Source: Candidatus Omnitrophica bacterium UBA6215 (GTDB taxonomy: Bacteria > Omnitrophota > Gorgyraeia > Pluralincolimonadales > Pluralincolimonadaceae). From it: a stretch of 56,804 nt of DNA. A program made the translations under genes and the position numbers. Location: contig DISH01000004.1 in NCBI GenBank assembly GCA_002421665.1, positions 447,900 to 504,703 on the forward strand, written 5' to 3'. The notes under the pieces are model-generated. The model worked only from the letters and a program-made list of their open reading frames with translations, did not search any database and was not told the DNA's origin. This document shows positions 19,768 through 30,297 of this stretch, piece after piece. Numbering within the stretch: position 1 is the stretch's first letter; the number at the start of each line of letters is the position of its first letter.

Positions 19768-20471
19768 AAAAGCGCGGCATAACCGATTCTTTCAACTACG
19801 CCATAGAGGGGCTCAAACACACCCTTAAGACGCAAAGGAATATGCGTATACATTTTGTTGTAGCGGCCGCTGTGATCTTCCTCGGTATAATGCTTAACCT
19901 CAACACAACGGAATTCATAATGCTCCTTAGCGCGGTCACGCTGGTGATCGTGGCCGAGATGTTCAATACGGCGCTTGAATTTGCGGTAGACATATTCACC
20001 AAGGAATTCCATCATATGGCAAAGATGGCCAAGGACATTGCGGCGGGATGCGTCCTGGTCTCGTCTATCTACGCGCTGGTGGTGGGTTACCTCATATTCT
20101 TCAAGAGCATTAAGATAATAAACCTTCCGGATGCCATGCTGCGTATCAGGCAATCCCCGTGGCATGTGACGTTCATAGCGCTGGTATTCATCATGGTCCT
20201 TGTCATACTCATAAAACTCCTGCTGCACAGGGGCACGCCTTTCAGGGGAGGGTGGCCAAGCGGACATTCGGCGTTCGCCTTTTCGGTATGGACCGTTACT
20301 GCTTTCCTGGCCAACGACATAATAATAGTTACCCTTGTCTTCATCATGGCGGTATTGCTGGCGGCATCGAGGGTGAAAAAAGGGATACATACCACTTGGG
20401 AAGTGATCGCGGGTGCGGCGATCGGCATATTGACCACGCTCTGGATATTCCAGCTTTTATACAGGTGCTGA
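19764..20471 (+). CDS. Fusion protein: DgkA-type diacylglycerol/undecaprenol kinase (N) plus PAP2 phosphatase (C)
   Basis: N-terminal half: AIEGLKHTLKTQRNMRIH...VAEMFNTALEFAVD...AKDIAAGCVL (DgkA family). C-terminal half: PAP2 motifs PSGHS and SRVKKGIHTTWEV. Confidence 0.7.
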   Translation: MKKRGITDSFNYAIEGLKHTLKTQRNMRIHFVVAAAVIFLGIMLNLNTTEFIMLLSAVTLVIVAEMFNTALEFAVDIFTKEFHHMAKMAKDIAAGCVLVSSIYALVVGYLIFFKSIKIINLPDAMLRIRQSPWHVTFIALVFIMVLVILIKLLLHRGTPFRGGWPSGHSAFAFSVWTVTAFLANDIIIVTLVFIMAVLLAASRVKKGIHTTWEVIAGAAIGILTTLWIFQLLYRC

Positions 20472-20472
20472 T

Positions 20473-21129
20473 ATGTTTAAATCCGTCAGGAAAAATTTCA
20501 TAACAGGACTCGCGGTAATACTTCCGGCTATAGTGACCGTCTGGCTAATCAAGTTCATCCTGGACAAGACAAACATGATATTCCTCGAGCCGGTAGTCAA
20601 GTCCCTAAAACCGTTCATACCCGACAGCATCGTTCTGGTAGCCATAGCAAAGATACTCGTATTCATATTACTTGTGGCAGCCATAGCCGTCATAGGCTTC
20701 TGCACAAGGGTACTTATCGTAAGGAATTTCTTCTCGCGTTTTGAGAGCAAGATACTTCAATTCCCGATGATAGGCAAGGTATACGGCGCCATGAAAGAGA
20801 TGAGCCACGCCTTCCTTGGGCAGTCAAAAGGCATTTTTACCCGGGTGGTGCTGGTCGAATTCCCTCGGCAAGGAGTTTACGCGATTGGTTTTGTAACATC
20901 AGAAGGCAAGGGAGAGGTACAGGATAAGACGCTCGAAAAAGTGATAAATGTCTTCGTCCCGACAACACCCAACCCTACGTCAGGATTCCTCCTGCTCGTG
21001 CCGGAGAAGGACCTCATAAGGCTTGACATGAGCATAGATGAGGGGCTTAAACTTGTCATATCCGGAGGCATAGTACCGCTTCCGGACAGTATCTCAATAA
21101 AGAAGAAGCATGGCGATACAGGCAACTGA
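20473..21129 (+). CDS. DUF502 family membrane protein
   Basis: Two N-terminal TM helices and the conserved FVPTTPNPTSGFLLLVPEKDL...LVISGG block typical of DUF502. Confidence 0.7.
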   Translation: MFKSVRKNFITGLAVILPAIVTVWLIKFILDKTNMIFLEPVVKSLKPFIPDSIVLVAIAKILVFILLVAAIAVIGFCTRVLIVRNFFSRFESKILQFPMIGKVYGAMKEMSHAFLGQSKGIFTRVVLVEFPRQGVYAIGFVTSEGKGEVQDKTLEKVINVFVPTTPNPTSGFLLLVPEKDLIRLDMSIDEGLKLVISGGIVPLPDSISIKKKHGDTGN

Positions 21130-21883
21130 GGCCGTTATCCTTAACAGGAAGGACCTCAGGGAAACGAGCATTACGGCCACTTTCTATTCGAGGGATTTCG
21201 GCAAGATAAAGGGAGTTTTAAAGGGCATACGCGGTGATCGTTCGAAATACGGAAGTCTTGCTGAACTTTTCAGCATAAATAATATAGTGTTCTATGAAAG
21301 ATCGAAGGGCGATTTCCAGAATATAACCCAATGTGACCTGGTAGACGGCCTCTTCGGGTTACGGAAAAACCTTTTTGCCATAGCTTACGCCTCTTATATG
21401 GCCGAGTTGACGGACGAACTGACCGAACCGGCCGAGAAGAACGCCGAGATCTATGACTTGCTGACCGGCAGCTTGAAGCTGCTTTCGGCGGGGGAGGAAG
21501 CCGGAAAAATAGCCCGTATTTTTGAGCTCAGGCTGCTTTCGCTGCTTGGCTTTTCGCCTGCCACAGAAGGATGCTCGGCTTGCGGGAAGAAGCTTGCGGC
21601 AAAGGGCCCGGCGTCAAAGATAAAGTTCAGTATGCGCAGGGGAGGCCTCCTGTGCCAGGATTGTTCTAAACATGACCAATTCGCACAGGAGATCACGATG
21701 GGAACGGCGCAGACATTGAACCACCTTAAAAGCGCAAAACCCGGTTCGCTCGTAAAGTTCAGGATATCAAAGTCGATAGAGGGAGAGCTTAATTCGCTCA
21801 TAGAAAAGATCGTGGCTTCCCATATAGAGAGGCCTCTCAAGTCAAAAAAATTCATAAAGGAGCTGCAAAAGCTAAAGAGATGA
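21110..21883 (+). CDS. recO: DNA repair protein RecO
   Basis: N-terminal OB region ([14 protein letters not shown]...), central Cys4 motif (CSACGKK...CQDCSK). Position downstream of the ybeY/dgkA block, as in Firmicutes-type synteny. Confidence 0.85.
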   Translation: MAIQATEAVILNRKDLRETSITATFYSRDFGKIKGVLKGIRGDRSKYGSLAELFSINNIVFYERSKGDFQNITQCDLVDGLFGLRKNLFAIAYASYMAELTDELTEPAEKNAEIYDLLTGSLKLLSAGEEAGKIARIFELRLLSLLGFSPATEGCSACGKKLAAKGPASKIKFSMRRGGLLCQDCSKHDQFAQEITMGTAQTLNHLKSAKPGSLVKFRISKSIEGELNSLIEKIVASHIERPLKSKKFIKELQKLKR

Positions 21884-22746
21884 AGAAGAACAAGATAATG
21901 ACTTTCCAGGACCTCATAATGGGGCTGGAGAAGTATTGGGCCGGGAAGGGCTGCCTAATAGCACAACCGTATGACATCGAAGTGGGAGCCGGCACTTTCC
22001 ACCCGCTGACATTCCTAAGGAGCCTGGGCAATGATCCCTGGAATGTCGCGTTCGTCCAACCATCAAGGCGTCCTACCGACGGCAGGTATGCCGATAACCC
22101 TTTAAGGGCCCAGCATTACTACCAGTACCAGGTAATCCTGAAACCGGCCCCTGAGAATGTCCAGGCGCTTTATCTCGAAAGCCTCGAGAGCCTCGGAATA
22201 GACCTGAAGAAGCACGATTTCAGGTTCGTGGAAGATGACTGGGAGTCCCCGACCCTCGGCGCTTCCGGCCTCGGCTGGGAAGTATGGCTCGACAGCCTGG
22301 AGGTAACACAATTCACCTACTTCCAGCAAGTCGGCGGGATCGAACTGGATGTTATCCCGTGCGAGATAACCTACGGCCTGGAAAGGATCGCTATGTTCAT
22401 GCAGGGACAGTACGATTTCTATAAACTAAAGTGGGACGAAAAATACACTTACGGCGATATACACAAAAGCGATGAAAAGGAATGTTCACGCTATAACTTT
22501 GAGGTAAGCGACCCTAAGATGTATATGGACCTATTCACCGCTTACGAAAAAGAGGCGAAGAGGCTCATAGCGGAAAAACTGGTCACCCCGGCATATGAGT
22601 TCACATTAAAGACATCTCACGCATTTAACATGATGGATGCGCGCGGGGCTATCAGTACCACGGAACGCCCGACATATATCGCCAGGGTAAGGAACCTGGC
22701 CAAATCATGCGCGGCGCTCTACTTGGAGACGATCAACGACAGATGA
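21880..22746 (+). CDS. glyQ: Glycine--tRNA ligase alpha subunit
   Basis: [54 protein letters not shown]. 288 aa. Confidence 0.95.
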   Translation: MKKNKIMTFQDLIMGLEKYWAGKGCLIAQPYDIEVGAGTFHPLTFLRSLGNDPWNVAFVQPSRRPTDGRYADNPLRAQHYYQYQVILKPAPENVQALYLESLESLGIDLKKHDFRFVEDDWESPTLGASGLGWEVWLDSLEVTQFTYFQQVGGIELDVIPCEITYGLERIAMFMQGQYDFYKLKWDEKYTYGDIHKSDEKECSRYNFEVSDPKMYMDLFTAYEKEAKRLIAEKLVTPAYEFTLKTSHAFNMMDARGAISTTERPTYIARVRNLAKSCAALYLETINDR

Positions 22747-24863
22747 AGAATAAAGAGAACACCATGAAAGATTTCCTGCTTGAGATAGGTTGCGAAGAGA
22801 TACCTGCGGGGTATTTGCCCCCGGCGGAGAACCAGCTGCGCTCGCTCATAGAATCCGGCTTAAAGGAATCCAGGATATGTTTTGGGAGTATATGCTCTTT
22901 CTCGACCCCGGTAAGGATAGTGGTGCACGTAAAAGAGATCGCGGCCAGGCAGGAAGCACAGCGCGAGAAGATCAGCGGTCCCTCTAAAGAGGCCGCGTTC
23001 GACAAAGACGGCCGGCCCACACAGGCATGCCTTGGATTCCTGAAATCGAAAGGCGCGCAGATAAGGGACATAAAAATTGAAACTACTCCCAAGGGCGAAT
23101 ACCTGTTTATAGAAAGGGCTAAGGAATCCCTTTCCACGAGGAAAGTTCTCTCGACCATACTGCCTAAGGCCATCGGCTCCCTGAGGTTCCCGAAGGTCAT
23201 GAAATGGCAGGCAGACGGGGCCAAATTCGCCAGGCCTGTCAGGTCAATACTTGCCTTTTACGGCGACGAAGTAGTCCCGTTGAAATACGGATCTCTCGAT
23301 TCCTCCGACCATACCCGCATGCCAAGGTATAAGAGTGCTGTCATGAAAACGGCAAAAGTAAGGTCCGTAAACGATTATTTCCTAAAACTGAAGGGTTGGG
23401 GAGTCGAGCTGTCGGGGAACCGGAGAAGTTCAATGATATACGCCTTCCTTAAAGACGCTGCTAAAAAGGAAGGAGCATCGGATAATTTTAACATGACGCT
23501 GCTCGAGACGGTATCTTACCTGTCGGAGGCCCCTTCAGGTTTTATAGGAAAATTCTCAAAAGACTACCTCGACCTGCCCGCCGAGGTTCTCGAAAGTTCC
23601 ATGGCCAAGAACCAGAAAATCTTCCTCTTGAAGGACTCAAAGGGAAAAGCCCTGGCATCTTTCGCCGGCGTACTCAACGGCAAACGCAAGGACATATCAT
23701 TGATACGCCAGACCTTCGAGTCCATACTCAACGCAAAACTCAAGGATAGCATGTTCTTCCTTAAAGAAGACCTTAAACTTAGGCTCGAGGACAGGATAGA
23801 GCTGCTCAAAGGCGTGGTCTTCCAGGCAAAGCTGGGCAGCGTATATGACCGGACAAAAAGGCTGCAGGAACTGGCACGCTACATAGCCGGGGAGCTCAAT
23901 CTTTCCGAGGACGACAAGAAGAAGGTCGAGATGGCAGCCCTTCTTTCAAAGACAGACCTTGTAACGCAAATGGTCAAGGAATTCCCGGACCTGCAGGGTG
24001 TAGTAGGCCGTGAATACGCAAAGAGGACGGGGGAGGACAAAGAGGTCGCCAAGGCCCTTTACGAGCATTACCTCCCTAAGGGTCCGAACGATCCGTTGCC
24101 CTCAGGCAGTATATCCGCCATTCTGGCGATAGCCGATAAGATAGATTCCATAGCCGGGTTCTACTCCATAGGGCTTGTGCCTACCGGCAGCGAAGACCCT
24201 TACGGCATACGCAGGGCCTCCCTGGGGCTGCTCAAGATACTTGTCGAGAAAAAATACCCGCTTTCCCTGGAGGACCTGATAGACAGGTCTTTCGGCCTCT
24301 ACGGGCAAGCTGCGGCCTTTGATGTATCCAAGGTAAGGTCGCAGATAATAACTTTCCAGAAGGAAAGACTGAAGAATATTTTGCTGGACAAAAATTATAA
24401 AGATGATATCATAGACTCTGTTTTGTCGCCCGGTATCGGCAAGTTCGACCGGCTCGGCAAGAAGCTTGAAGACCTTTCCTCTATATCCCAAGCCAAGTAT
24501 TTCCTGGAGGCCGCAAAGGTGGCAGAACGCGTCTCCAATATACTCAAAGGCGCAAAGGATTTCAAGGCAGAGGAGACGAAGGTAAAACCGGAGCTTTTCA
24601 GGGAACAGCTTGAACATGAGCTCTGGGATATTTACGCAAAGAACAGCGGCAAGATAGAAAACAGGATAGAGGCGGGTGATTACACCGGGGCAACGAGGCT
24701 TTACGCGGAAGCGTTCTCCGGGCCTATCCACCTGTTCTTCGAGAAAGTAGTCGTCAATGCCGACGACCAGGCCTTGAGGGCCAACAGGCTTTCATTACTT
24801 AAATCAATCCAGGCCGTATACATGAACAAAGCGGCCGATCTTTCAAAGATTAAATTACAATAA
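22743..24863 (+). CDS. glyS: Glycine--tRNA ligase beta subunit
   Basis: [17 protein letters not shown]-terminus. I prefer the ATG at 22743 (ATGA overlap with the glyQ stop) over the track start at 22707. The ATG at 22764 is also possible. Confidence 0.9.
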   Translation: MKNKENTMKDFLLEIGCEEIPAGYLPPAENQLRSLIESGLKESRICFGSICSFSTPVRIVVHVKEIAARQEAQREKISGPSKEAAFDKDGRPTQACLGFLKSKGAQIRDIKIETTPKGEYLFIERAKESLSTRKVLSTILPKAIGSLRFPKVMKWQADGAKFARPVRSILAFYGDEVVPLKYGSLDSSDHTRMPRYKSAVMKTAKVRSVNDYFLKLKGWGVELSGNRRSSMIYAFLKDAAKKEGASDNFNMTLLETVSYLSEAPSGFIGKFSKDYLDLPAEVLESSMAKNQKIFLLKDSKGKALASFAGVLNGKRKDISLIRQTFESILNAKLKDSMFFLKEDLKLRLEDRIELLKGVVFQAKLGSVYDRTKRLQELARYIAGELNLSEDDKKKVEMAALLSKTDLVTQMVKEFPDLQGVVGREYAKRTGEDKEVAKALYEHYLPKGPNDPLPSGSISAILAIADKIDSIAGFYSIGLVPTGSEDPYGIRRASLGLLKILVEKKYPLSLEDLIDRSFGLYGQAAAFDVSKVRSQIITFQKERLKNILLDKNYKDDIIDSVLSPGIGKFDRLGKKLEDLSSISQAKYFLEAAKVAERVSNILKGAKDFKAEETKVKPELFREQLEHELWDIYAKNSGKIENRIEAGDYTGATRLYAEAFSGPIHLFFEKVVVNADDQALRANRLSLLKSIQAVYMNKAADLSKIKLQ

Positions 24864-24884
24864 CGAAAGGAGCAGATTACTAAG

Positions 24885-27659
24885 ATGGGGAGCAGAAAGG
24901 TTGCGGCAAAGGTGAAGTCAAAGGGATCTAAGAAATACGTTTATTCGTTCGGCGGAGGTAAGGCCGACGGAAATGAAAGCATGAAGAACCTCCTGGGTGG
25001 AAAGGGCGCCAACCTGGCCGAGATGGCCGGGCATAAGGACCTGAAACTTCCGGTACCACCCGGGTTCACGATAACAACGGACGTCTGTACATATTACTAC
25101 GCAAATAAAAGGACCTATCCTGCTTCGCTCAAGGCCGACGTGAACAAGGCCCTTGCGCAGGTCGAAAAGATAATGGGACGCAAGTTCGGAGATCCGTCGA
25201 ACCCGCTGTTGGTTTCCGTCCGTTCGGGCGCGCGCAAGTCCATGCCCGGCATGATGGAAACAGTCCTTAATGTAGGCACCACCGAGAAGACTATACCCGG
25301 CCTAATAAAGCAGAGCGGCGGGAATACACGCTTCGTTTATGACGCTTACCGCCGTCTTATAATGATGTACTCCGATGTCGTCATGGAAAAGGCCGCCGGT
25401 ATAGAACCCGCCGATGATATGGGCATCCGTAAACAGCTCGAGAGGCTGATGGATAAGCTCAAGAAGGAGAAAGGTTACACGAGCGATACCGACATGACCG
25501 CGGACGACCTCAAGGTCCTTTGCAGCCAGTTCAAGGCAAAGATAAGAGAAGTCCTCAAGAAAGAGTTCCCGGACGATCCTATGGAACAGCTTTGGGGCGG
25601 CATCGGCGCCGTGTTCGCGTCATGGAACGGCAAACGCGCCATAAGTTATCGCCGTATCGAGAGCATCCCGGACGAATGGGGCACCGCCGTCAATGTCCAG
25701 ACGATGGTCTTCGGCAACATGGGTGATGATTCGGCCACGGGTGTCGCCTTCACGAGGAACCCAGGCAACGGAGAGAACGATTTCTACGGCGAGTTCCTGA
25801 TCAACGCCCAGGGCGAGGATGTTGTCGCCGGTATAAGGACACCGGCTCCCATAAACGGCTATTCGAAATCCGAGCACAACAAATCTCTTAAGACGCTTGA
25901 AGAGGTTATGCCGAAGATATACAAAGATCTGGCCGACATCCGTAAGCGCCTTGAGAAGCATTACCATGATATGCAGGATATCGAGTTCACAATAGAGAAG
26001 GGCAAGCTCTTCATGCTCCAGTGCCGTTCCGGGAAACGCAACGGCCCGGCCGCGGTCCGTATGGCAGTCGATATGCTCAAAGAAAAGCTCATAACCAAGG
26101 AAACGGCCGTCTTACGCGTGACGCCTGCGCAGCTGGATGAATTACTGCACCCGATCATCGATCCCAAGGTCGAGGCTGCGCACAAACCGATGGCTAAAGG
26201 TTTGCCGGCCGGTCCCGGCGGCGCTTGCGGACAGATAGTATTCTCCGCCAATGACGCCGTAGACTGGAAGAAACAGGGAAAGAAAGTCATACTTGTCCGC
26301 GAAGAGACGAATCCCGAAGATGTCGAAGGTATGAGGGCCGCGGAGGCCATACTCACGGCAAGGGGCGGTATGACATCTCACGCGGCACTGGTAGCCCGCG
26401 GATGGGGCAAGTGCTGCATCGTCGGCTGCGGCTCGCTGCATGTAAGTTACGAGACCAGGGAAGTCAAGGGCGAGGGCGGCAAGGTATTAAAGGAAGGCGA
26501 CTGGCTTACCCTCAACGGCACAAAGGGCAACGTATATGAAGGCAAACTTCCGATGATGGATGCTTCCGAGGAGAACCAGTTGCTGGAAGCATTCCTCAAG
26601 GTCTGTGACTCCATAAAGAAACTCGGAGTAAGGACTAATGCCGATACTCCCGAGGACGCCAGGAAGGCGCGCCTTTTCGGCGCCGAAGGCATCGGGCTCT
26701 TCAGGACCGAGCATATGTTCTACGGAAAGGGTTCGGACGAGCCTCTTTTTATCCTCAGGAAGATGATCGTTTCCAATACACTGGATGAAAGGAAGAAGGC
26801 CATAGACGAACTCTTCCCATTCGTAAAGAAAGACATCAAGGGCACCATCGAGGCGATGGACGGTTATCCGGTAGTTATCAGGCTCCTCGATCCGCCCCTT
26901 CACGAGTTCGTCCCGCGCGAAAAAGACAAACTTGAACAACTCGCCAGGGACCTCAATATATCGATGGAAGAACTTTCAAAGCGCGCTGAAGGGCTGCATG
27001 AATCGAACCCTATGATGGGACATCGCGGCGTACGCCTTGGCGTTACCTATCCCGAGGTAAGCGAGATGCAGATACGCGCCATCCTCGAGTCGGCCGCAGA
27101 GCTGGTAAAGGAGGGCAAGAAACCTTATCCCGAGATCATGATACCGGTCGTCTGCGACGTGAAAGAGCTCGAGGACCAGCTTGCCATAGCCAAGAGGGTT
27201 TACGCTGAGGTGCTGGCAAAATATAACCTCAAGTCGATCAAGCACATGTTCGGCACGATGATCGAGATCCCAAGGGCCGCCATTGTCGCGGATAAACTCT
27301 CAACAGTCGCACAGTTCTTCTCGTTCGGAACGAACGACATGACGCAGATGGGCTTTGGTTTCTCGCGCGATGATATCGGCGGATTCCTGCCGGATTATCT
27401 CAAGAAAGGCATACTGCCGGATGACCCGTTCCAGACGATAGACCAGCAAGGTATCGGAGAAATAATAAAGATCGGCATAGAGCGCGGCAGGAAAGGCCGC
27501 AAGGACCTCGAGGTCGGCATCTGCGGAGAACACGGCGGAGACCCGCGCTCCATCGAGTTCTGCCACAGGGCAGGCATGAATTATGTAAGCTGCTCGCCGT
27601 TCAGGGTCCCGATAGCAAGGCTCGCAGCCGCGCAGTCTGTACTGGCTGACAAAAAATAA
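24885..27659 (+). CDS. ppdK: Pyruvate, phosphate dikinase
   Basis: 924 aa. ATP-grasp N-domain (LGGKGANLAEM), phosphohistidine swivel motif GGMTSHAALVARGWG, PEP/pyruvate TIM barrel (FSFGTNDMTQ, ICGEHGGDP). Confidence 0.95.
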   Translation: MGSRKVAAKVKSKGSKKYVYSFGGGKADGNESMKNLLGGKGANLAEMAGHKDLKLPVPPGFTITTDVCTYYYANKRTYPASLKADVNKALAQVEKIMGRKFGDPSNPLLVSVRSGARKSMPGMMETVLNVGTTEKTIPGLIKQSGGNTRFVYDAYRRLIMMYSDVVMEKAAGIEPADDMGIRKQLERLMDKLKKEKGYTSDTDMTADDLKVLCSQFKAKIREVLKKEFPDDPMEQLWGGIGAVFASWNGKRAISYRRIESIPDEWGTAVNVQTMVFGNMGDDSATGVAFTRNPGNGENDFYGEFLINAQGEDVVAGIRTPAPINGYSKSEHNKSLKTLEEVMPKIYKDLADIRKRLEKHYHDMQDIEFTIEKGKLFMLQCRSGKRNGPAAVRMAVDMLKEKLITKETAVLRVTPAQLDELLHPIIDPKVEAAHKPMAKGLPAGPGGACGQIVFSANDAVDWKKQGKKVILVREETNPEDVEGMRAAEAILTARGGMTSHAALVARGWGKCCIVGCGSLHVSYETREVKGEGGKVLKEGDWLTLNGTKGNVYEGKLPMMDASEENQLLEAFLKVCDSIKKLGVRTNADTPEDARKARLFGAEGIGLFRTEHMFYGKGSDEPLFILRKMIVSNTLDERKKAIDELFPFVKKDIKGTIEAMDGYPVVIRLLDPPLHEFVPREKDKLEQLARDLNISMEELSKRAEGLHESNPMMGHRGVRLGVTYPEVSEMQIRAILESAAELVKEGKKPYPEIMIPVVCDVKELEDQLAIAKRVYAEVLAKYNLKSIKHMFGTMIEIPRAAIVADKLSTVAQFFSFGTNDMTQMGFGFSRDDIGGFLPDYLKKGILPDDPFQTIDQQGIGEIIKIGIERGRKGRKDLEVGICGEHGGDPRSIEFCHRAGMNYVSCSPFRVPIARLAAAQSVLADKK

Positions 27660-27671
27660 CAACGAGGTAAA

Positions 27672-28481
27672 ATGGATCCCATAAAGGCGTATCTCAAAGA
27701 CATAGAGAAGATACCGCTTTTGACAGCCGCAGAAGAGGTCGAGTTGTCCAAGCTGGCCAAGAAGGGCGATATAAAGGCAGAGAAGAGGATGATCCAATCC
27801 AACCTCCGCCTTGTAGTGAGTATCGCCAAAAAATACAGCTACTTCGGCGTGCCGTTGCTGGACCTGATCGAAGAAGGCAACCTTGGCCTTATGAAGGCCG
27901 TAAAGAAGTTCAATCCTAAAAAAGGTTTTCGTTTTTCGACATATGCCGCATGGTGGATAAAGCAATTCATCCTGCGCGCGGTGGCTAACCAGGGCAAGAC
28001 CGTAAGGATCCCGGTCTACATGATGGAGCTCGCCGCCAAGTGGAAGAAGGTAAATGAAAGGCTTTCCCAAAAGATGGGAAGGAAGCCGACTTCCTCCGAG
28101 ATCGCCAAGTCAATGAAGATCTCCGTCAAAAAAGCGCAGGAGCTCGACAGGGTCATGACCCAAACAACTTCACTGGAAGCTCCCGTAGGAGAGGATGACA
28201 GCGGGACCATGATGGACCTCATAGAGGACACCAAGAGCGTATCTCCCACTGAGGAACTCTCCAATTACCTGCGGCAGGAAAAGGTATCCGATCTCCTGGG
28301 AAAAATGAGCAAAAGGGAACAGGAGATCCTGAATATGAGGTTCGGCCTCAAAGACGACACCGCCCATACCCTTGAAGAGGTCGCGGAGAAATTCAAGATC
28401 ACAAGGGAAAGGGTAAGGCAGATAGAAGAGGCCGCCCTGAGGAAATTAAGGAAGAACATGACCGCCCAGGAGATGCAATGA
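27672..28481 (+). CDS. Sigma-70 family RNA polymerase sigma factor (RpoD/RpoS-like, no region 1.1)
   Basis: Regions 1.2 to 4.2 are recognisable: [76 protein letters not shown]. Confidence 0.85.
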   Translation: MDPIKAYLKDIEKIPLLTAAEEVELSKLAKKGDIKAEKRMIQSNLRLVVSIAKKYSYFGVPLLDLIEEGNLGLMKAVKKFNPKKGFRFSTYAAWWIKQFILRAVANQGKTVRIPVYMMELAAKWKKVNERLSQKMGRKPTSSEIAKSMKISVKKAQELDRVMTQTTSLEAPVGEDDSGTMMDLIEDTKSVSPTEELSNYLRQEKVSDLLGKMSKREQEILNMRFGLKDDTAHTLEEVAEKFKITRERVRQIEEAALRKLRKNMTAQEMQ

Positions 28482-29020
28482 CGGAGAACCGGGACAAGAT
28501 CGTCGCTGAACTCAAGGGCATCATCAGGGATATACCGGATTTCCCCAAAGAGGGCATCATATTCAAGGATATTACAACGCTTCTTAAGGACGGCAAGAAA
28601 TTTCGCAACGCGATAGACCGGATCTCCGAAAGATATGACGGCAAGAAAATAGATAAAGTTGTGTGCATTGAGGCAAGGGGATTTGTCTTCGGCGGCCCCA
28701 TAGCTTATAAGTTGGGCGCCGGGGTAGTTCCTATAAGGAAAAAAGGCAAGCTCCCACATGAAACGCATAGCGTCGAATACGACCTGGAATACGGCAAGGA
28801 CTGCCTCGAGGTGCACAAGGACGCGATATTGCCCGGGGAAAACGTGCTCATAATAGACGACCTGCTCGCTACGGGAGGCACGATGAGCGCCGTATGCGAC
28901 CTGGTCGAGAAGAAACTCGGGGCCAAAATAGTTGAAGTTGCGTTCCTGATAGAGTTGACTTTCCTTAAGGGCCGCAATAAGCTTAAAGGCCGGAAAGTCT
29001 TCTCGCTTATAGAATTTTAG
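28478..29020 (+). CDS. apt: Adenine phosphoribosyltransferase
   Basis: [22 protein letters not shown] motif [17 protein letters not shown] overlap with the sigma factor gene. Confidence 0.9.
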   Translation: MTENRDKIVAELKGIIRDIPDFPKEGIIFKDITTLLKDGKKFRNAIDRISERYDGKKIDKVVCIEARGFVFGGPIAYKLGAGVVPIRKKGKLPHETHSVEYDLEYGKDCLEVHKDAILPGENVLIIDDLLATGGTMSAVCDLVEKKLGAKIVEVAFLIELTFLKGRNKLKGRKVFSLIEF

Positions 29021-29024
29021 CGTT

Positions 29025-29101
29025 GGGCCTGTAGCTCATCTGGATAGAGCAGCGGTTTCCTAAACCGCGTGCGGGAGGTTCGAGTCCTCTCAGGCCCACC
29101 A
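29025..29101 (+). tRNA. tRNA-Arg (anticodon CCT), CCA encoded
   Basis: Manual cloverleaf: acceptor GGGCCTG/CAGGCCC, D arm GCTC-ATCTGGATA-GAGC, anticodon arm GCGGT-TTCCTAA-ACCGC, variable loop GTGCG, T arm GGAGG-TTCGAGT-CCTCT, discriminator A plus CCA. 77 nt. Confidence 0.9.
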
Positions 29102-29109
29102 TAAATATC

Positions 29110-29751
29110 ATGATAGACTTCCATACACATACATTGCTTAGCGACGGGGAGCTTCTCCCGGCCGAGCTGGTCAGGAGGGCCGTCGCGATCGGCTATAAAG
29201 GTATCGGCCTTGCCGACCACGTGGACGTTTCTAACATCGATTTTATCGTCCCCAGGATCGTAAAAGCGGCCAAAAGCCTGACCTCCGGAAAGATCAAGGT
29301 GGTCCCCGGAGTAGAACTTACCCACGTCCCACCCAAGGATATCCCTGCATTGGTCAAATATGCCAGGTATAACGGCATCAAGCTTGTCATTGTCCACGGC
29401 GAAACCATCGTAGAGCCGGTCATCCCGGGCACCAATGCTGCCGCTTTGGATGCAAATATAGATATCCTGGCTCACCCAGGCTTGATAACACTTAAAGACG
29501 CAAAAAAGGCCGCAAAGAAGGGGATATACCTGGAAATAACCGCCAAAAAGGGCCATTCGCTCACTAACGGGCATGTAGCCAGGACAGCCTGTAAGGCAGG
29601 CGCAAAACTGGTCATAAACACGGATTCGCATGCCCCGGATGACCTTATAACGCGGGAAAGGGCGGTTTCCGTGCTGATAGGCAGCGGACTGGATATGCTG
29701 CGTGCCCGCAGCGTCCTCAGGAATTCCGAGTCCCTGTTAAGAAAATTCTGA
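29110..29751 (+). CDS. PHP-domain (histidinol-phosphatase-like) metal-dependent phosphoesterase
   Basis: MIDFHTHTLLSDGE N-terminal His motif, GLADHVD, HGE, HPG, TDSHAP. 213 aa. Confidence 0.7.
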   Translation: MIDFHTHTLLSDGELLPAELVRRAVAIGYKGIGLADHVDVSNIDFIVPRIVKAAKSLTSGKIKVVPGVELTHVPPKDIPALVKYARYNGIKLVIVHGETIVEPVIPGTNAAALDANIDILAHPGLITLKDAKKAAKKGIYLEITAKKGHSLTNGHVARTACKAGAKLVINTDSHAPDDLITRERAVSVLIGSGLDMLRARSVLRNSESLLRKF

Positions 29752-29759
29752 TTTTTTTA

Positions 29760-29789
29760 TTGACAAGGCGCAAAATACTGTGTTATATT
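29760..29789 (+). promoter_or_regulatory. Extended -10 sigma-70-type promoter
   Basis: TTGACA (29760-29765), 18 nt, TATATT (29784-29789), preceded by TGT (TGn). Confidence 0.55.
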
Positions 29790-29829
29790 TGCGTCAATGA
29801 TGTTAACCGAGAGGAGGTGACACAAAAGT

Positions 29830-30165
29830 ATGTTCAAGAACAACGTTTGGAAGATGGTCTTGGTACTCTTTGTTATATCATTGGTCATCGGAATGGCTGT
29901 TCCTACCTACGCTGCTAATGCTGGAACGAAGCTCCGCAGAGGTTTGGCGAACTTCGCTACCGGTTGGGTAGAGATACCGATCGAGATGGACAAGTCCATG
30001 AAGGAAAGCAACCCGGTGTTCGGTGTTATCGTCGGTGCCGTTAAGGGTACCGTAAAAGGTGTATTCAGGACGGCTTCTGGTCTTTTTGACACCGTAACGT
30101 TCCCGATACCTCCGTACGAGAAGACCTGGTTGAATCCGGAATTCATCGGACAGCCGACCCAGTAA
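29830..30165 (+). CDS. Small secreted protein resembling the exosortase-associated TIGR04073 family
   Basis: 111 aa. Signal peptide, then KLRRGLANFATGWVEIP...GAVKGTVKGVFRTASGLFDTVTFPIPP, which matches my memory of the TIGR04073 pattern. GAGGAGG SD. Confidence 0.6.
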   Translation: MFKNNVWKMVLVLFVISLVIGMAVPTYAANAGTKLRRGLANFATGWVEIPIEMDKSMKESNPVFGVIVGAVKGTVKGVFRTASGLFDTVTFPIPPYEKTWLNPEFIGQPTQ

Positions 30166-30205
30166 GCATCAAGTTAACTCAGTTCTGTACAGGACATTAC
30201 ATATA

Positions 30206-30239
30206 AAAGAAGGGTGGAAGAGATTCCATCCTTCTTTTT
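30206..30239 (+). terminator. Rho-independent terminator
   Basis: AAAGAAGGGTGGAA-GAGA-TTCCATCCTTCTTT (one G-T pair) running into TTTTT. Confidence 0.75.
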
Positions 30240-30297
30240 GCTTCTTGACAATCAACCGGCTATATGGAACAATTTTATAATCAAGGGGTAAAATACA

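Noticed and set aside
178-20390. Many long antisense or out-of-frame ORFs in the track, for example 178-975(-), 1772-2818(-), 4496-5668(-), 6155-6823(-), 9577-10296(-), 15760-16701(-), 19167-20390(-), and similarly 27300-28070(-) and 49483-52498(+).
   Set aside because: Each lies entirely inside a confidently recognised gene on the other strand or in another frame. Their compositions are skewed (Arg/Ser/Pro/Gly-rich) and I recognise no motif. They are shadow ORFs, as expected in 50-60% GC coding DNA.
22707-22742. Longer glyS start at 22707, as given in the ORF track.
   Set aside because: It would overlap glyQ by 40 nt and add a non-conserved Arg/Asp/Gln-rich extension. ATG 22743 forms the typical ATGA stop/start overlap and precedes the conserved [11 protein letters not shown] by only 10 residues.
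29017-29631. 204-aa minus-strand ORF spanning the tRNA-Arg and the PHP gene.
   Set aside because: It overlaps a well-folded tRNA and is antisense to a gene with clear PHP motifs. I see no SD and no motif.
30245-30281. TTGACA at 30245-30250 as the promoter of the discoidin-domain gene.
   Set aside because: The candidate -10 boxes are TATATG, 10 nt away, and TATAAT, 25 nt away. Neither is at a functional spacing. The promoter may lie elsewhere, or transcription may read through the upstream terminator.
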